A DNA stretch of 64,000 bases from Eledone cirrhosa (Eukaryota). The position numbers and the translations under genes were made by a program. The notes under the pieces were generated by a model. The model made no database searches. It saw nothing but the letters and a program-made list of their open reading frames with translations, and was not told the origin of the DNA. Of this stretch, positions 51,702 through 64,000 are shown one piece after another (position 1 is the stretch's first letter; each line of letters begins with the position of its first letter). The DNA is taken from contig OZ024740.1 in NCBI GenBank assembly GCA_964016885.1, forward strand, positions 302,498,001 through 302,562,000. The letters run 5' to 3'.

Positions 51702-52585
51702 AACGCGGATAATACGTGCTCCCTCAGCAATTGTCCGATACGCCACACAGACTGTTGCTTGAACCCCTACATGGTTCATAAGATCGAGTGTCACAAGCGC
51801 AAATATTATTACATCGGCAGCCCCATTCGTCCGCTGCACATATGAACAAAGGAGCACGTCAGCACTGGAGCCTCGTCCTTTCGAGAACATATAACAAAAT
51901 ATGTAAACAATGACGGAAGACCACTGTCAGCAAGAGAACGCAACATTGGAACACTAAGGATCAAGAATATAATTTGGTTCAGACGACTAGAACCGCCAAT
52001 TAACAATAGGTCCGAAAGGATGGAAACGCGGTGGCTAATCTAACCCGAATGACATCACACACACACACCATAACAAGCGAGCGAATGGATGTTATTGTAC
52101 ATTTGGCCCGCCTCCCGACATACAAACCGACGGTCAGGCTATGCTGCTATGCTGTACCTGCCACCAACCTTTCGCCTACCAGCCTGTTACATCAACCAGA
52201 ACCACTTCAATGCAAAGAAAGAACAACTCTCGCGTCTGCGCACGAGCGCTGTCATATTACGATCACCCTACGCTTTAGATGCTACTAGAGACATTAACCA
52301 CCTCTGAATGAGCACGCCTATTTTGCATGCGCGAACCTGATGGGGAATATTCGTTGGCATATTTCAATGAGTCTGTCACCGACATAAGCAACAAATAGCC
52401 AGGTAGATTGTTTTCCGACAAACCTCCGAAATTCTTTCAGTATCCCCTGACGATGGATGTGAATTCCGAAATATAGGGGCCATTAACTGTATTCCGAGGT
52501 AGAGTCATCTCTGGTTTTCATTCTATTTTACAGCTCTCTTGCTCTTTATCTCATTTCTTCCTATTTTGTTACTGGGAAATTTATC
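51702..52585 (+). mobile_element. Degenerate 3' fragment of a PLE: GIY-YIG endonuclease, 3'UTR, HHR at 52444-52478
   Basis: Translation CSLSNCPI..CC..MVHKIECHKRKYYYIGS.IRPLHI*TKEH..SSFREH..LRIK..P.INNRSE; HHR ccc-CTGACGA-t-gga(tgtgaat)tcc-GAAA-ta-TA-ggg. Confidence 0.85.
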
Positions 52586-52586
52586 C

Positions 52587-52627
<41 letters not shown>

Positions 52628-52984
52628 TGCGTGTGTGTGTGTGTGTGTGTGTGCGTGGGTGTGCGCGCGTGTGTGTGTGCGTGTGTGCGTGTGTGTGTAT
52701 ATATATATGTGTTGGGGGGGTTCGTGTGTGTGTGTGTGTGTGAAAATGAGAGTCGCGCGTGACTAAAAATATACGAATGAATAAAAAATATAGGAGAAAG
52801 ACAAGCGAAACAACTGATAAACAAATACTGTCTGTGTTCGTACATTTTGGTGTCTTCGCTCATATTCTTTTCTTTATTTTATATATATATATATATCAGC
52901 AAAGAGATGTTTAACTTGCTGGTAATTCAACAAATTTATTTATTATAACAGATGCGAAGCACTCTACAAATTTTCCTGGAGTAT

Positions 52985-53460
52985 AATATCAATGATATTA
53001 ATAAATGGAAACTATACTTATAAAACCATATTTATTTTATTATATTTATTTCAAGGGTAGATACCAAAAAAACTTTTTGTACGCACTCATCAGATAAAAT
53101 ACAAAATTGGTTTTATAAATAGTGACATACCGGAAAAACCAGACTTTAACGGTTCAGGTTCCAAATGTATTATACAGGGTGTGTATATGTGTAGTGTATA
53201 TATATATCAATGATATTAATAAATGGAAACTACATTTATAAAACCATATTTATTTTATTATATTTATTTCAAGGGTACCTTAACGGTTCAGGTTCCAAAT
53301 GGAACCTGAACCGTTAAGGTCTTTTTTTCGGGTATGTCACTATTTATAAAACAAATTTTATATTTTATCTGATGAGAGCGTACCAAAGTTTTTTTGGTAC
53401 CCTAGAAATAAATATAATAAAATAAATATACACTACACATATACACACCCTGTATAATAC
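52985..53460. repeat. Rearranged direct/inverted cluster of family C PLE-like termini with HHRs (53361-53424 +, ~53033-53101 -)
   Basis: ccttaacggttcaggttcca-a-atggaacctgaaccgttaagg centre; tattttat-CTGATGA-..gtaccaaa/tttggtac..-GAAA-taaata-TA-ataaaata; duplicated blocks 52986-53058 / 53205-53277. Confidence 0.8.
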
Positions 53461-55569
53461 AGGAGTATACTCAGGGGAACCTTAATGATTCCTCAATTTA
53501 AAAACATAGCAGTGAAGTCCAATCGTATTACTGTTTATTTTATTTTTTAAGTGGAGGTCACATTGAATAATGTAATCTCAGACACAATACGCATTGCAAT
53601 AGTTATAAACACATTTGTTCTGGTGCACGTTCCTGATAGCTGGCTGACCTGAGGCATGCAGAATATAATATTCTACACAGGAGTATTGCGAGGGAAACTT
53701 TGCCTAGTTGCCCTATATCAAAAATAACTAGCAACCAAATCCTATCATATTACCTTTTTTGAAAAGGGAAGATTACAGTGTTTATTGTTATCACAGACAC
53801 AATATTCAATGGAATAGTTATGAGTTAATCACATTTGATAGATAGTTTGTCTTCTAGGTGGATCATAAACAACTCAACCTGTTAGATATAAAAGTAAAAT
53901 TTTACTCAGTTCCTACGCTTACTTTTAAAATGCGAATGTATTTCTAGATGAAATGTGTAGACATAACATGTGATATTCACTGATGTAACTCATCTGTTTA
54001 TGAATCTGTTTGATTTTTTCTGAGCTGGGCTAAGCAATAATCAAATAAACAGCACTGCCAACACGGCTGGGACTACCAACAACAAGAACAACAACACTAT
54101 CTACACCACATCTATTAACATTTTCAATCAACTCCACCAATGTGGCAAACAATAGATAAACTACAACAAAAACAACTATTTTTAAAAGGCGGTCCAAGAT
54201 CATACCTACTCAATCCGCCTTAATAGCTGATGGTATTGGAAGTGGCCGTTTAAATAGAAGCTGGAAACACGTAAGCGTTACATGTAAATCGTTACAATCG
54301 TTGCACTGATTCTAAATATACAGCAAATAGAATACAAAATGAAGCTAGTTTACGCGTTAGAATCGATAGTAGAGAAATTAGAAAGAATTGTTACCGTACT
54401 TCGTATGTCTTAATGTTAAAGATCTGCGAAACGCTTTAATTCATACATTTCCATAACGGCAATATATGAAGAAGGACCATTAAAGGGTCGAATTATTACA
54501 AACGTAGAAATGTTTCAATGAAAAGGGACGATTAAAGAGAGATGCATAATCAATATTCTTTTGGTCTTGTATAGATGACCTAATGACACCTTCATTCTAG
54601 TAAGAATATCTATCGTCAACCCACCACCCGCATTTATTAAATGGCTGTCTGTATCAGATAAGCTGTAACTCGCCAGTAGCAAAATGAAGTAAACGATATC
54701 GAAGGCGGGGCGATGTATACGGAAGGATCTGTAGCTGGTTCAGTGCGTCGGGAAGTGAGCGATCAATAGAAGAAATACAAGAAATAGAAGCTGATCATAT
54801 ATAAATAAGAAATTATGAAAGAAAGAGAGAATGATGAATTGAAAGAAAGAACAAAGGAAAGAAAGAATGTGAGAAGAAAGAAAGGACGAGAGAAAGAAAT
54901 TGACATAGGACGAATGGCGTGAAATAAGATGGAAAGAATTCCCTCCTAGATGAGGAATTGAAATTTATTATAATACGTGAAAGAAAAGAAATAAAGATAC
55001 GTAATTGCAACGGTGGGATGGAGTATATTTGAAGATTGGGGGATAAGAATAACTGAATGGTTTAAAGAGAGTATGAATGTGCAGAATGAAGGAAAGAAGG
55101 AAGATATGTAGGGTGGAAAGTAAAACGATGTGGAGTAGAAGATGGTGGTGTCTGCTCAATGATTCTGGCGGAAAACTATGAGATAATTAGACATTCTCAA
55201 ATGACCTAGAGGAATATTACCTAGAACGATATGTTGTTACAATTTATAGCAACACTGGCATTTGCAGCAGACGATCATCAACTTGGCTAATAAGTGACAC
55301 TGTCCTACCGATAAAATCGCGTTACCTTCTACCAAGAAACATGGATAGCATCTCTACAGTCATTCAGCATTACATATGGTCTCAACATATACGTGTATAC
55401 TTACACGCAGACAAATTTATATATATATATATATATATTGGGTGTCCCCAAAAATGTATACATACTTTCATTACCTGTACAGGCAATATTTATTAGAATG
55501 GTGTTGAAGTGTGTATACATTTTTTGGATACTCTGTATGGGTGTGTATGGGTGTGTATATCTGCGTGCA

Positions 55570-55789
<220 letters not shown>

Positions 55790-56093
55790 GGTGTATTAAT
55801 ATGATGGTAATAATAATATTGACGGGAGTTGTTAAACTCATTTGATATACGATTTCTATAGCAGCTGTACGTAAAGTGAATATTTTCTACTATATCACCC
55901 CTCTACTTTTTACCTAGGAGACATTACTATATTATATAGTAACGTATTTCATCTTACTTTCATCTTACTAACATTCTTTTGCATCGGTATTGGTGGAAGG
56001 TTGAAGTAAACAGTCTCTATAACCAAATACTCACCCCCACACATGTAAAAACCTTTATATCTATACCTATATATAAAGGCCTTTATATATACC

Positions 56094-56141
<48 letters not shown>

Positions 56142-56432
56142 AAGAAAAAGAGATGAAATCGAAAATGCAACTGGAGTCTTATTTTTTTTTTAAATATATA
56201 TATTTCAAATCACGTTTATTAAAAAAAAGTCTTCGTGAGCCGCCTTTTTTTAAAGTAAAGAAATTCAAATACACACACACACACACACACGCACACAAGC
56301 ACACAAATAAACACACATATCTTTACTTTCTTTATTCAATAGAAAATATGAATTCTGACACCCCAGCGAACTAACCATATTCACTGAACCAGAACAATTC
56401 TCCCATCCCTTTCTCTTGACAATTATCTTTTT

Positions 56433-56618
56433 CGGTGGATTGGCAGTATCAGTAGAGGGTCGGACGCCATGCTTTCCAGCATAGTTACGTCCCTTTACGA
56501 TCTGAGTTCAAATCCCGCCGAGGTTGACTTTGCCTTTCATCCTTACGGGGTCGATAAAATAAAGTACCAGTAATGCACTGGGTATTTGCTGGCCTTGTGC
56601 CTAAAATAGAGACAATTA
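56433..56618 (+). mobile_element. tRNA-derived SINE nested in the family B element
   Basis: TSD gacaattatcttttt at 56418-56432 and 56611-56625; empty site visible in the other copy near 23985. Confidence 0.92.
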
Positions 56619-57003
56619 TCTTTTTATCAAAAAATTCTCTAAAAAGGCTACAGAATGGATTTCCAAATAAGGGCACAAACATTTAATGAAAATTTGTTCA
56701 CGTGATAGCCATAATTTCATTTATAACCAACCAAAAAAAAGCCTTCGTGAGCCTCCTTTTTTCAAGTAAAAAGAAATTCAAACACTCATATATGTAAAAA
56801 CAACCTGTGACAACCCCCCCCCCCTCTTATTTGAAGAACTATTGTAACGCGAACTGGCGCGAAATTTATTATAATTATTGACAAACCAATGAAATTACTT
56901 CTCGAAAAACCTGGCATTTCGAGCCACTTTTTCCATATAAAACAAGTAACATTCAGAGACCAACCAGATGTGAGAAAAACCACAGACCCTCCATCTCAAC
57001 TCA

Positions 57004-57041
57004 CCTTTTGAAAAGCAGAAGAACTGCGAAACCGGTAAAGG
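57004..57041 (+). ncRNA. Minimal hammerhead ribozyme, U3-A8 core
   Basis: cctt-TTGAAAA-gcag(aagaa)ctgc-GAAA-ccgg-TA-aagg; palindromic stem III accggt. Confidence 0.78.
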
Positions 57042-57177
57042 AACCAAATAAATAAAATATATATATTTTAAAAAAAAATAAGACTCCAGTTGCATTTTCG
57101 ATTTCATCTCTTTTTCTTTATACTTTCACTCGTGTAGGACACCTCGGTTATTTTTCATTTTGTAAAAAAAACCTCAC

Positions 57178-57235
<58 letters not shown>

Positions 57236-57240
<5 letters not shown>

Positions 57241-57416
57241 TTCTATAGGACTAGAACTGTTTCATTCGGAGGAAATCATCAGGTAAGCCCTGATTATTTC
57301 CTCCGAATGAAACAGTTCTAGTCCTGTAGAAGCCATTTCTACATTAAATATTTATCTCCGGTATGTATTGAGTACCTTATTTATTGTGGTTATCCCCGAT
57401 TGAACCCGGGATAAAC
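57236..57416. repeat. 101-bp palindrome (57236-57336) with an HHR core on each arm plus a unique tail
   Basis: Minus arm CTGATGA-t-ttc(ctcc)gaa-t-GAAA-cagttctag-TC; folds back just upstream of the core. Confidence 0.8.
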
Positions 57417-57578
57417 ACACACAAATATATATATATATATATATACATGTATATATATGCATATACTTATACATAGATATATGTCTATATATAAATGCAT
57501 ATATATATAAACAATTAAGTCATACAAAAGTGAGTTAGAAGCGAAACGAAATTTAATTTCGTTTCGTTATTTGTTTTC

Positions 57579-57609
<31 letters not shown>

Positions 57610-57723
57610 GATATATATATATGTGTGTCTGTGTGTGTGTGTGTGTTAATATAGGTTGATAGATAGGTAGTTAAATAAATAAATAGATAGTTAGATAGTT
57701 AGATAAATAGATAGATAAATAAA

Positions 57724-58596
57724 TTTCTTTATTAGCCACAAGGGCACAAAAGAAGGGGACAAATACAAATGGGGAGTTTACATACAGGTATATGAAAATA
57801 AAACTATTAATAAGATAACAAATAACAATTGATATCCCCAATAGGGGCGAGGCGTTACACAGGGGTTGTACACAGCCCGAAAAAATGTACAACCCTTATC
57901 TCCAGGAGCACCAAGAGTGAGTACTCCCTTCCTCTCTTCCTCTTTTTCCTCAACCTACAGGCTTATATAGAGAGAAGGCCCAACCACTCGGGCCATCTTT
58001 GGCACATTAACCCACCTTTTATAAAATTTGCTGGGGTACAGCACCTCTCTCTCCATCCTGATTCTTCTTCCAAAATGATATTTGAAAAAACGAATCAGTT
58101 GCTCACCGGAGAGAAAGGTGTCTGACCTCAGCCTTTTTAACCTCGTCCACCATATAACCTCTTTCACCATAGCCATAACACATAGGAAAACCGCCTGTCC
58201 CTCGTTTTTGAAGGAGGGTGGCGGTTTGATCATGACAATCGACTCGGTGGTCAACTGGATTGGTCCCACCCGCAACAATAGTCGTTCTACAAAGCCCCAC
58301 AGGTCGGTAACGCCTGGGCAGTGTACAAATGCGTGCGCGACGGTTTCCTCGTCCCGCACGCATCTCGGACAGATCTTTTTCGAAGAATCCCTACCCGGGC
58401 GCCTGTGTCTGTAGAGCTTGTCTCGAACTGGTAGAGCTCCTCGGTAGCATTGCCAGGTCAGAGACTTTTGGAAGTTGTCCATTGGTCCCGGGCGGAAGGT
58501 CCTAACGAACAGACTGGCCAGTTCGTCCTCCTCTACGCCTAAAGTTTCTCCGAGCATCTCGTCGCACTTGCTGCTGACCAACCCTCTATGGAATGA
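57724..58596 (-). mobile_element. Tx1-clade LINE 3' fragment A (CCHC region + 3'UTR)
   Basis: ORF 57955-58581 with CPRC..EETVAHAFVHC; ends AATAAAGAAA; bounded by (GATA)-like tracts. Confidence 0.92.
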
Positions 58597-58636
58597 TAGA
58601 TAGATAGATAGATAGATAGATAGAAAGATAGATAGA

Positions 58637-58914
58637 TTTCTTTATTTGCCACAAGGGCGCACTAGAAAAGGGGACAATACAAAGACATGCCGGGGATTTT
58701 ACATACAGTCGTGTAAAAAAAATATAAAAACAAACAATTACAACAATCGAAATCCCCAATAGGGGGAAGCGCCACAAATGGGTTGTTTAAAACCCCGTCG
58801 ATAGAACAACCCTCAACTCCAGGAGCGTGTTGTGCAAGTGATCCTTTCTTCCTTTTGCTCTCTTCTTTAACCTAGTGGCTTATAAAGAGAGAAGGCCCAA
58901 TCACTCGGGCCATT
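58637..58914 (-). mobile_element. Tx1-clade LINE 3' fragment B
   Basis: ORF2 last codons + 3'UTR homologous to A; ends AATAAAGAAA + (TCTA)n. Confidence 0.9.
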
Positions 58915-58935
58915 AGATATATATATATAGATAAC

Positions 58936-59306
58936 TTTCTTTTTATTTGCCACCAGGGCATCAAAAGTGGGACAAGTAAAAAGGGGGGAGTTTACATGCA
59001 AAGGCGTCCTCAATATGGAGGAGGCAATAACAAGATATAAAAGTATAAAAATAAAATAAAATATAACAAAATAAATTTTGTAACAAAATCCTCAATAGGG
59101 AGGAGGTTCCTTGGGGGGTCGCACACACCCCGAAAAAAGGTGTGCAACCCTTCTCCTCAGGAGCACAGAGAGGGGGTGCTCCCTTGGTCTTTCATCTTCC
59201 TCACCTATAGTCTGATGTAGAATGAAGGCCCATTCACACGGGCCATTCTCGCCACTTTCACCCATCTTTCATAAAAACGCCTGGGGTGCAGCACCTCTCT
59301 CTCCAT
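58936..59306 (-). mobile_element. Tx1-clade LINE 3' fragment C
   Basis: MEREVLHPRRFYERWVKVARMARVNGPSFYIRL* + 3'UTR nearly identical to D. Confidence 0.92.
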
Positions 59307-59327
59307 ATAGATAGATAGATAGATATA

Positions 59328-59402
<75 letters not shown>

Positions 59403-59404
59403 TG

Positions 59405-62400
59405 TTTCTTTTATTTGCCACCAGGGCATCAAAAGTGGGACAAGTACAATGGGGGGAGTTTACAAAACAAGGCGTCCTCAATAAGGAGGAGGCAATAACA
59501 ATATATAAAAATAAAATAAAATATAACAAAAAATAAAATTTATAACAAAGTCCTCAATAGGGAGGAGGCGCCTTGGGGGGGGGGGGTCGCACACACCCCC
59601 GAAAAAAAGGGTGCAACCCTTCTCCCCAGGAGCACAGAGAAGGGGTGCTCCCTTGGTCTTTCATCTTCCTCACCTATAGTCTGATGTAGAGTGAAGGCCC
59701 ATTCACACGGGCCATTCTCGCCACTTTCACCCATCTTTCATAAAAACGGCTTGGGTGCAGCACCTCTCTCTCCATCCTGATCCTTCTTCCGAAATGATAT
59801 CGGAAGAAACGGACCAGTTGTTGGCCAGAGAGAAAGGTGTCTGACCTCAGTCCTTTCAGACGCGTCCACCATACAACCTCTTTCGCCATGGCTATTACGC
59901 AAAGAAACACCGCCTCTCCTTCGTTTTTGAAGAGGGGAGGCGGCTTGATCGTTACAATAGACTCGGTGGTCAACCGGATTGGTCCCACCCTTGACAGCAG
60001 TTGCCCGAGCAGTGTACCAATGCGTGTGCAACGGTTTCCTCGTCGCACACGCATCTGGGACAGTTCTTTTTCGATGGGTCCCTACCCGGGCGCCCGTGTC
60101 TGTAGAGCCTTTCTCGAACGGGCAGAGCCCTTCTGTAGCATTGCCAGGCCAGGGACCTCTGGAAGTTATCCATGGGTCCCTGGCTGAATGTCCTACCGAA
60201 CAGGTTGGCCAGTTCGTCTTCCTCCATGCCTAGAGCTTCTCCGAGGGCGTCGTCGCACCTGCTAACCACCAGCCCTCTATAGAATGACGAGGTGGATTCT
60301 CCACTGACAGCCGGGTCCGCTTGCCAGAGAGCCGTGAGCGCCTGGGCACACTCGATGTGCCAGGCGCCCAGTTTTCTCGGTTTTTGCTTGACCCAGGATT
60401 GCAGCTCGGTGAGTGAGACGAGTCTGGGAAAGGCTCGCCTCACAAACGGTGCCCAGACCGGTTGACCGGAGAGGAATACCTGAAGGTGCCGTAGCCTTAA
60501 TGCGTGTTTACGTATCATTAGCCACGGCATCCCCAGCCCTCCTTTCGAAGGGTGTTGACAGCAGATGGATCTCCTCACCATAGGAGCCCGCTTCTTCCAA
60601 AGAAATTGGAAGAATGCGCGCTCCATTTTGGCGAGCGTTTCCCTTGGGCAAGGCACAACGGTCAGGCGGTAGTAGATGACGGACGCTATATAAGTGTTCG
60701 CCACCTCCGCCCGACCTTTAAGGGACAGTTTGCACTCGGCCCACTTCTGGGTCAGTGCAAACACCCTGTTCGTTACCTCGCCCCAGTTCTTCTCCACCTG
60801 GAGGTCTGGTCCGAACCAGACCCCGAGCAACTTCACCGGGCCCTCCGTCCAGCGCCCGATGACGCCATCGGAGGGCATCGATCTGCCCCTCCACGTGCCG
60901 AGTTGCAGACCGATCGACTTGTCCCGGTTCAGCTTAGCCCCTGTAAACCTTTCGTACTCCTCCAGTAAGGTGCCGATCGCCCCGATTTCCGAGGCCGTCG
61001 ACACCATTACTGTTACGTCATCGGCGTAGGCTGACACCGCTTTCCGCAAACCCGGTTCCAACGGGATGCCCTGCAATAACTCCAACTTCCGTAGCAGTGG
61101 CTCTAGAGTCATTACATACAGAAGGGAGGAGAGAGGCCACCCCTGTCGGATGGACCGCGCGATTTCGAACGGCTCCGAGAGGTAGCCGTTCACCTTGACC
61201 CTAGAGCAGATGCGGCTGCTGTGCATGGCATTGATCCAGCCCCTGAAAACGGGTCCGAAGCCTGTCGCCGCTAGCACCGCATCCAGGTAACCATGGTCGA
61301 CCCTATCAAATGCCTTAGATTGATCCAAGTTGATCAGGGCCCCACCAAAGCCGGGTTCGTTCCCAACCCTTTCTATGATGTATCGTATGAGGTGGAGGTT
61401 GTCGTGGATGGACCTGGACGGGATAGCACATGTCTGCGCATCTCCCACCAGGTTTCCCACGACAAGCGCCAACCTCTTTGCTAGCACCTTGGCCAAAATC
61501 TGTAACTCTGTATTTAGCAGAGTTATGGGCCTGAAATTATTTATATCGTCCCGCTTGTTCTCGTCCTTCCTCACTAGCGTGACTACGCGCTTGGTCACAG
61601 CACAGGGAATTCTCCCGTTCTGTTGCCATTTGCAGTAGACCGCCTCGAGGAGATCGGGGAACAAGTCCGGCATAGCTAGATATTGTTCGTATGGAAGACC
61701 ATCGAGACACGGGGATTTGCGTTTGCCGCATTGGCTCAGCACGTCCTCTATCTCAGCGGCTGAAGTCGGCTCCTCGCAGGACTTCGCCTCCCTGTCCGAG
61801 AGACGCAGCAGGCCGTCGAGGTATGGACCGAAGTCCACCCCCCCCCCGCCCCTTCCGAACAATCCGGCAAAGTGCTTTTGAAAAGCCTCGCACATCTGCT
61901 TAGGTTCAAGGATCACCCGTCCATCCTGGTCTCGCAAAGACCGGATAGTGGATCTGCTCCCTCTTTTGGCTTCTGTCACGCGGGCCCAGCTAACAGCTTT
62001 GGTCCCCTCGTTTCCCAGAGCACGTATTTTGCTTCGGACGATGCAGCCTTCGTGTTTCGCGTCGAAGAACTGGCCCAGGGCCGTTCTCGACGCTAGCACT
62101 CTGGCCACGTCGCCGCTTCTAATTGCCTCTTCTACACTATCTACCAACTCCCTTTCCTTCCTATTTCTATTTGAGGCTAACTCCTGACTAAATTCTATAG
62201 AGACTACTCTAATCTCTCTTTTGAGAGAACCCCACCACCTGCTGTTGACGATGGCGCCCGTCAACCGCTCCTTAACTAAAGTGCTAATCCGGTCCCTGTA
62301 AGCCTTACTTGCCGGTAAGGACAAATTGAGCTTCCAGTAACCGGGTCCCTGTCTATGAGTTCTGTCAAGGTTGATCATGCAGGTCACTAACTTGTGGTCT

Positions 62401-63100
62401 GAATAGCCAACCATGCGCATTGTTGGACAACTTAAAAAGTCCTTATCCTTAATTCTAACTAAGAACCTATCTAGGTACGACCTAGATGATCCGCTACGAT
62501 TTGCCCAAGTCCAGGTTGGCGCAGTCGGAAAATCTAGTCGATATCTATCGGCCAGGTCAAATCGACCGATTAACCCTTTGAGGCTATTACACCCCTCTCT
62601 ATCGGGACAGGCCCCTACGTAGTCCCAGCGTGCATCTAGGATACCATTCCAGTCCCCCACTAATAGCAAGGAGCGGGACGTCCCTAGAAAAGTCTCCAGA
62701 CGATGGAAGAAGTCCGGCCGCATTGACCCGAAAGGGCCGTAGGCGGTTACCAACCTAAACGCTCCGCCTTTACCACTCCGGTCCAAATGTACCATCTGTG
62801 TTGCGAGACCCAGATGTTTTTGCAGCAGAACGACAACTCCACCCCCACCTCCGCGCTGACAGAGAGATGCGTGCATCTCAAAGTCATCAAAGGTGGGGGC
62901 CAGCTGTCGCACGTTGCTGATCCGGGCCTCGCAGATAACCATCACATCTATACGTCGTGACCTGAGGTCATTTAGAAGCATTGCTTGCTTCCAAGTTGAG
63001 CCCAGGCCACGCGCATTTAAACAGCCTACTCTTAGCATAGCCATGTTGGTGGTGAAGAGAAAAGGCACTTACCTCTCTGCGTCCCAGGTATCGGGCTGCA
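59405..63100 (-). mobile_element. Tx1-clade LINE copy D, 5'-truncated just upstream of ORF2
   Basis: Last ~10 codons of ORF1, nearly complete ORF2, 3'UTR; (GATA)n on both sides. Confidence 0.95.
59674..63044 (-). pseudogene. LINE ORF2: APE endonuclease - reverse transcriptase - CCHC zinc finger, nearly intact
   Basis: 1032-aa ORF (ATG 63044): LNARGL, E, GDWN, SDH, FRPITLLN, LDQSKAFD, RQG.PLS, YADD, CPRC..EET..H..HC; in-frame deletion near 62780 and a frameshifting deletion near 60008. Confidence 0.95.
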
Positions 63101-63117
63101 CATAGATAGATAGATCA

Positions 63118-63249
63118 TTTTCTTTTTATTTGCCACCAGGGCATCAAAAAGTGGGACAAGTACAATGGGGGGAGTTTACATAACAAGGCGTCCTCAATAA
63201 GGAGGAGGCAATAACAAAATATAAAAATAAAATAAAATATAACAAAATT
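63118..63249 (-). mobile_element. Tx1-clade LINE 3'UTR-only fragment E
   Basis: Near-identical to the terminal ~130 bp of C and D. Confidence 0.9.
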
Positions 63250-64000
63250 GCTGAAGGTGTGAGTGAATTTATGAAGAAACGGAAATAGATATTCAGTAAT
63301 TGACCGCGTGGATAAAAGTGTGTTTCAATGAGGTGAAGTAATCTTGAGAGAAGCCTACATTGTGTAACCTATGTATTTTAACTAAATACGTAGCTAATCC
63401 ACAGACTTTAGTAGTTTATACGATGTATTTATTAATCCGCATAGCAGAAGTGCCCAAGTAATTAGAATAGGATCAGAATTCAATTTCAATATAATGATGA
63501 TGTGCCAAAGTAATTTGTCGGCAATTGCAATAGCTGTGTGTTCGTATGAACTTATAATGTGATGACATAATTTCTCATCTAATTCACTCCAGGTACGAAG
63601 GAAATATGTTCTTGTAATTGTAGCTACATATGAAATTGTTGCTATCCTTTTCCCAATCTCTATAGAAACAATCATATTAATTTGCCGAGTGATAATCATG
63701 ATAAATACTTCTACAGAAGCTTAGTTAGTGATGCAGCATATCAGAGGCGTATCAGTTTGATATCTATTCAAAGATAGCACAATCGAAATACAATCATAAA
63801 AAAAAAACGTGTGTGATTAAGTGCACGCGTGTGTGTTCCTGAGGGTGTGTCTGTGTCTCAGTGGTTTGCGTATGTGTGTGAGTGTGAGTTTATTTGTATG
63901 CATGAGAATGGGTATGTGTTTGTGATGGAAGTTGTTTGATTATAATTTAATCAAATTAAATCTATTGCAATATATTTATTCTTAGTTTTACTATACTTAG

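Larger units (their letters stand above)
56140..57185 (+). mobile_element. Family B PLE-like non-coding element with short inverted 5' repeat, interrupted by a SINE
   Basis: 56141-56203 is the inverse of ~57057-57119; matches 23386-24095 in reverse; (TA)n on both sides. Confidence 0.8.

Noticed and set aside
51841-51846. In-frame TGA as selenocysteine in a PLE endonuclease
   Set aside because: It falls at the conserved Arg of the GIY-YIG motif (likely CGA>TGA decay) in a degenerate fragment
54220-54280. Further hammerhead-like strings (also at ~7210 and ~27830-27875)
   Set aside because: Core or stems too degenerate to support a call

Overview
AT-rich, microsatellite-dense eukaryotic (animal) DNA. 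The repeat families suggest a mollusc, probably an octopus, but that is inference. No host gene is confidently seen; at most there is one weak signal-peptide-like exon near 2.1 kb. The window is mostly retroelements. (1) Tx1/L1-clade LINEs (APE-RT-CCHC): two fused + strand copies at 10.98-19.57 kb, a very old remnant at 5.2-7.0 kb, and a head-to-tail - strand array of five copies at 57.7-63.25 kb, most separated by (GATA)n. (2) Penelope-like elements (PLEs): one near-complete at 33.6-37.7 kb with an Asn-rich insert and a long RT motif A-B' insertion, one 5'-truncated YRDD-type at 29.1-31.2 kb, and one endonuclease remnant at 51.7-52.6 kb. (3) Many short palindromic or inverted non-coding elements in (TA)n tracts that carry hammerhead ribozyme (HHR) cores; two unrelated families have a compensatory U3-A8 core, and one is a retrozyme-like tandem with 294 nt spacing. 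(4) tRNA-derived SINEs with target-site duplications (TSDs). (5) A ~9.1 kb 17-bp minisatellite with a ~2.7 kb higher-order duplication. Most short ORFs in the track are microsatellite or antisense artefacts. Everything was read by eye; coordinates may be off by a few bases.
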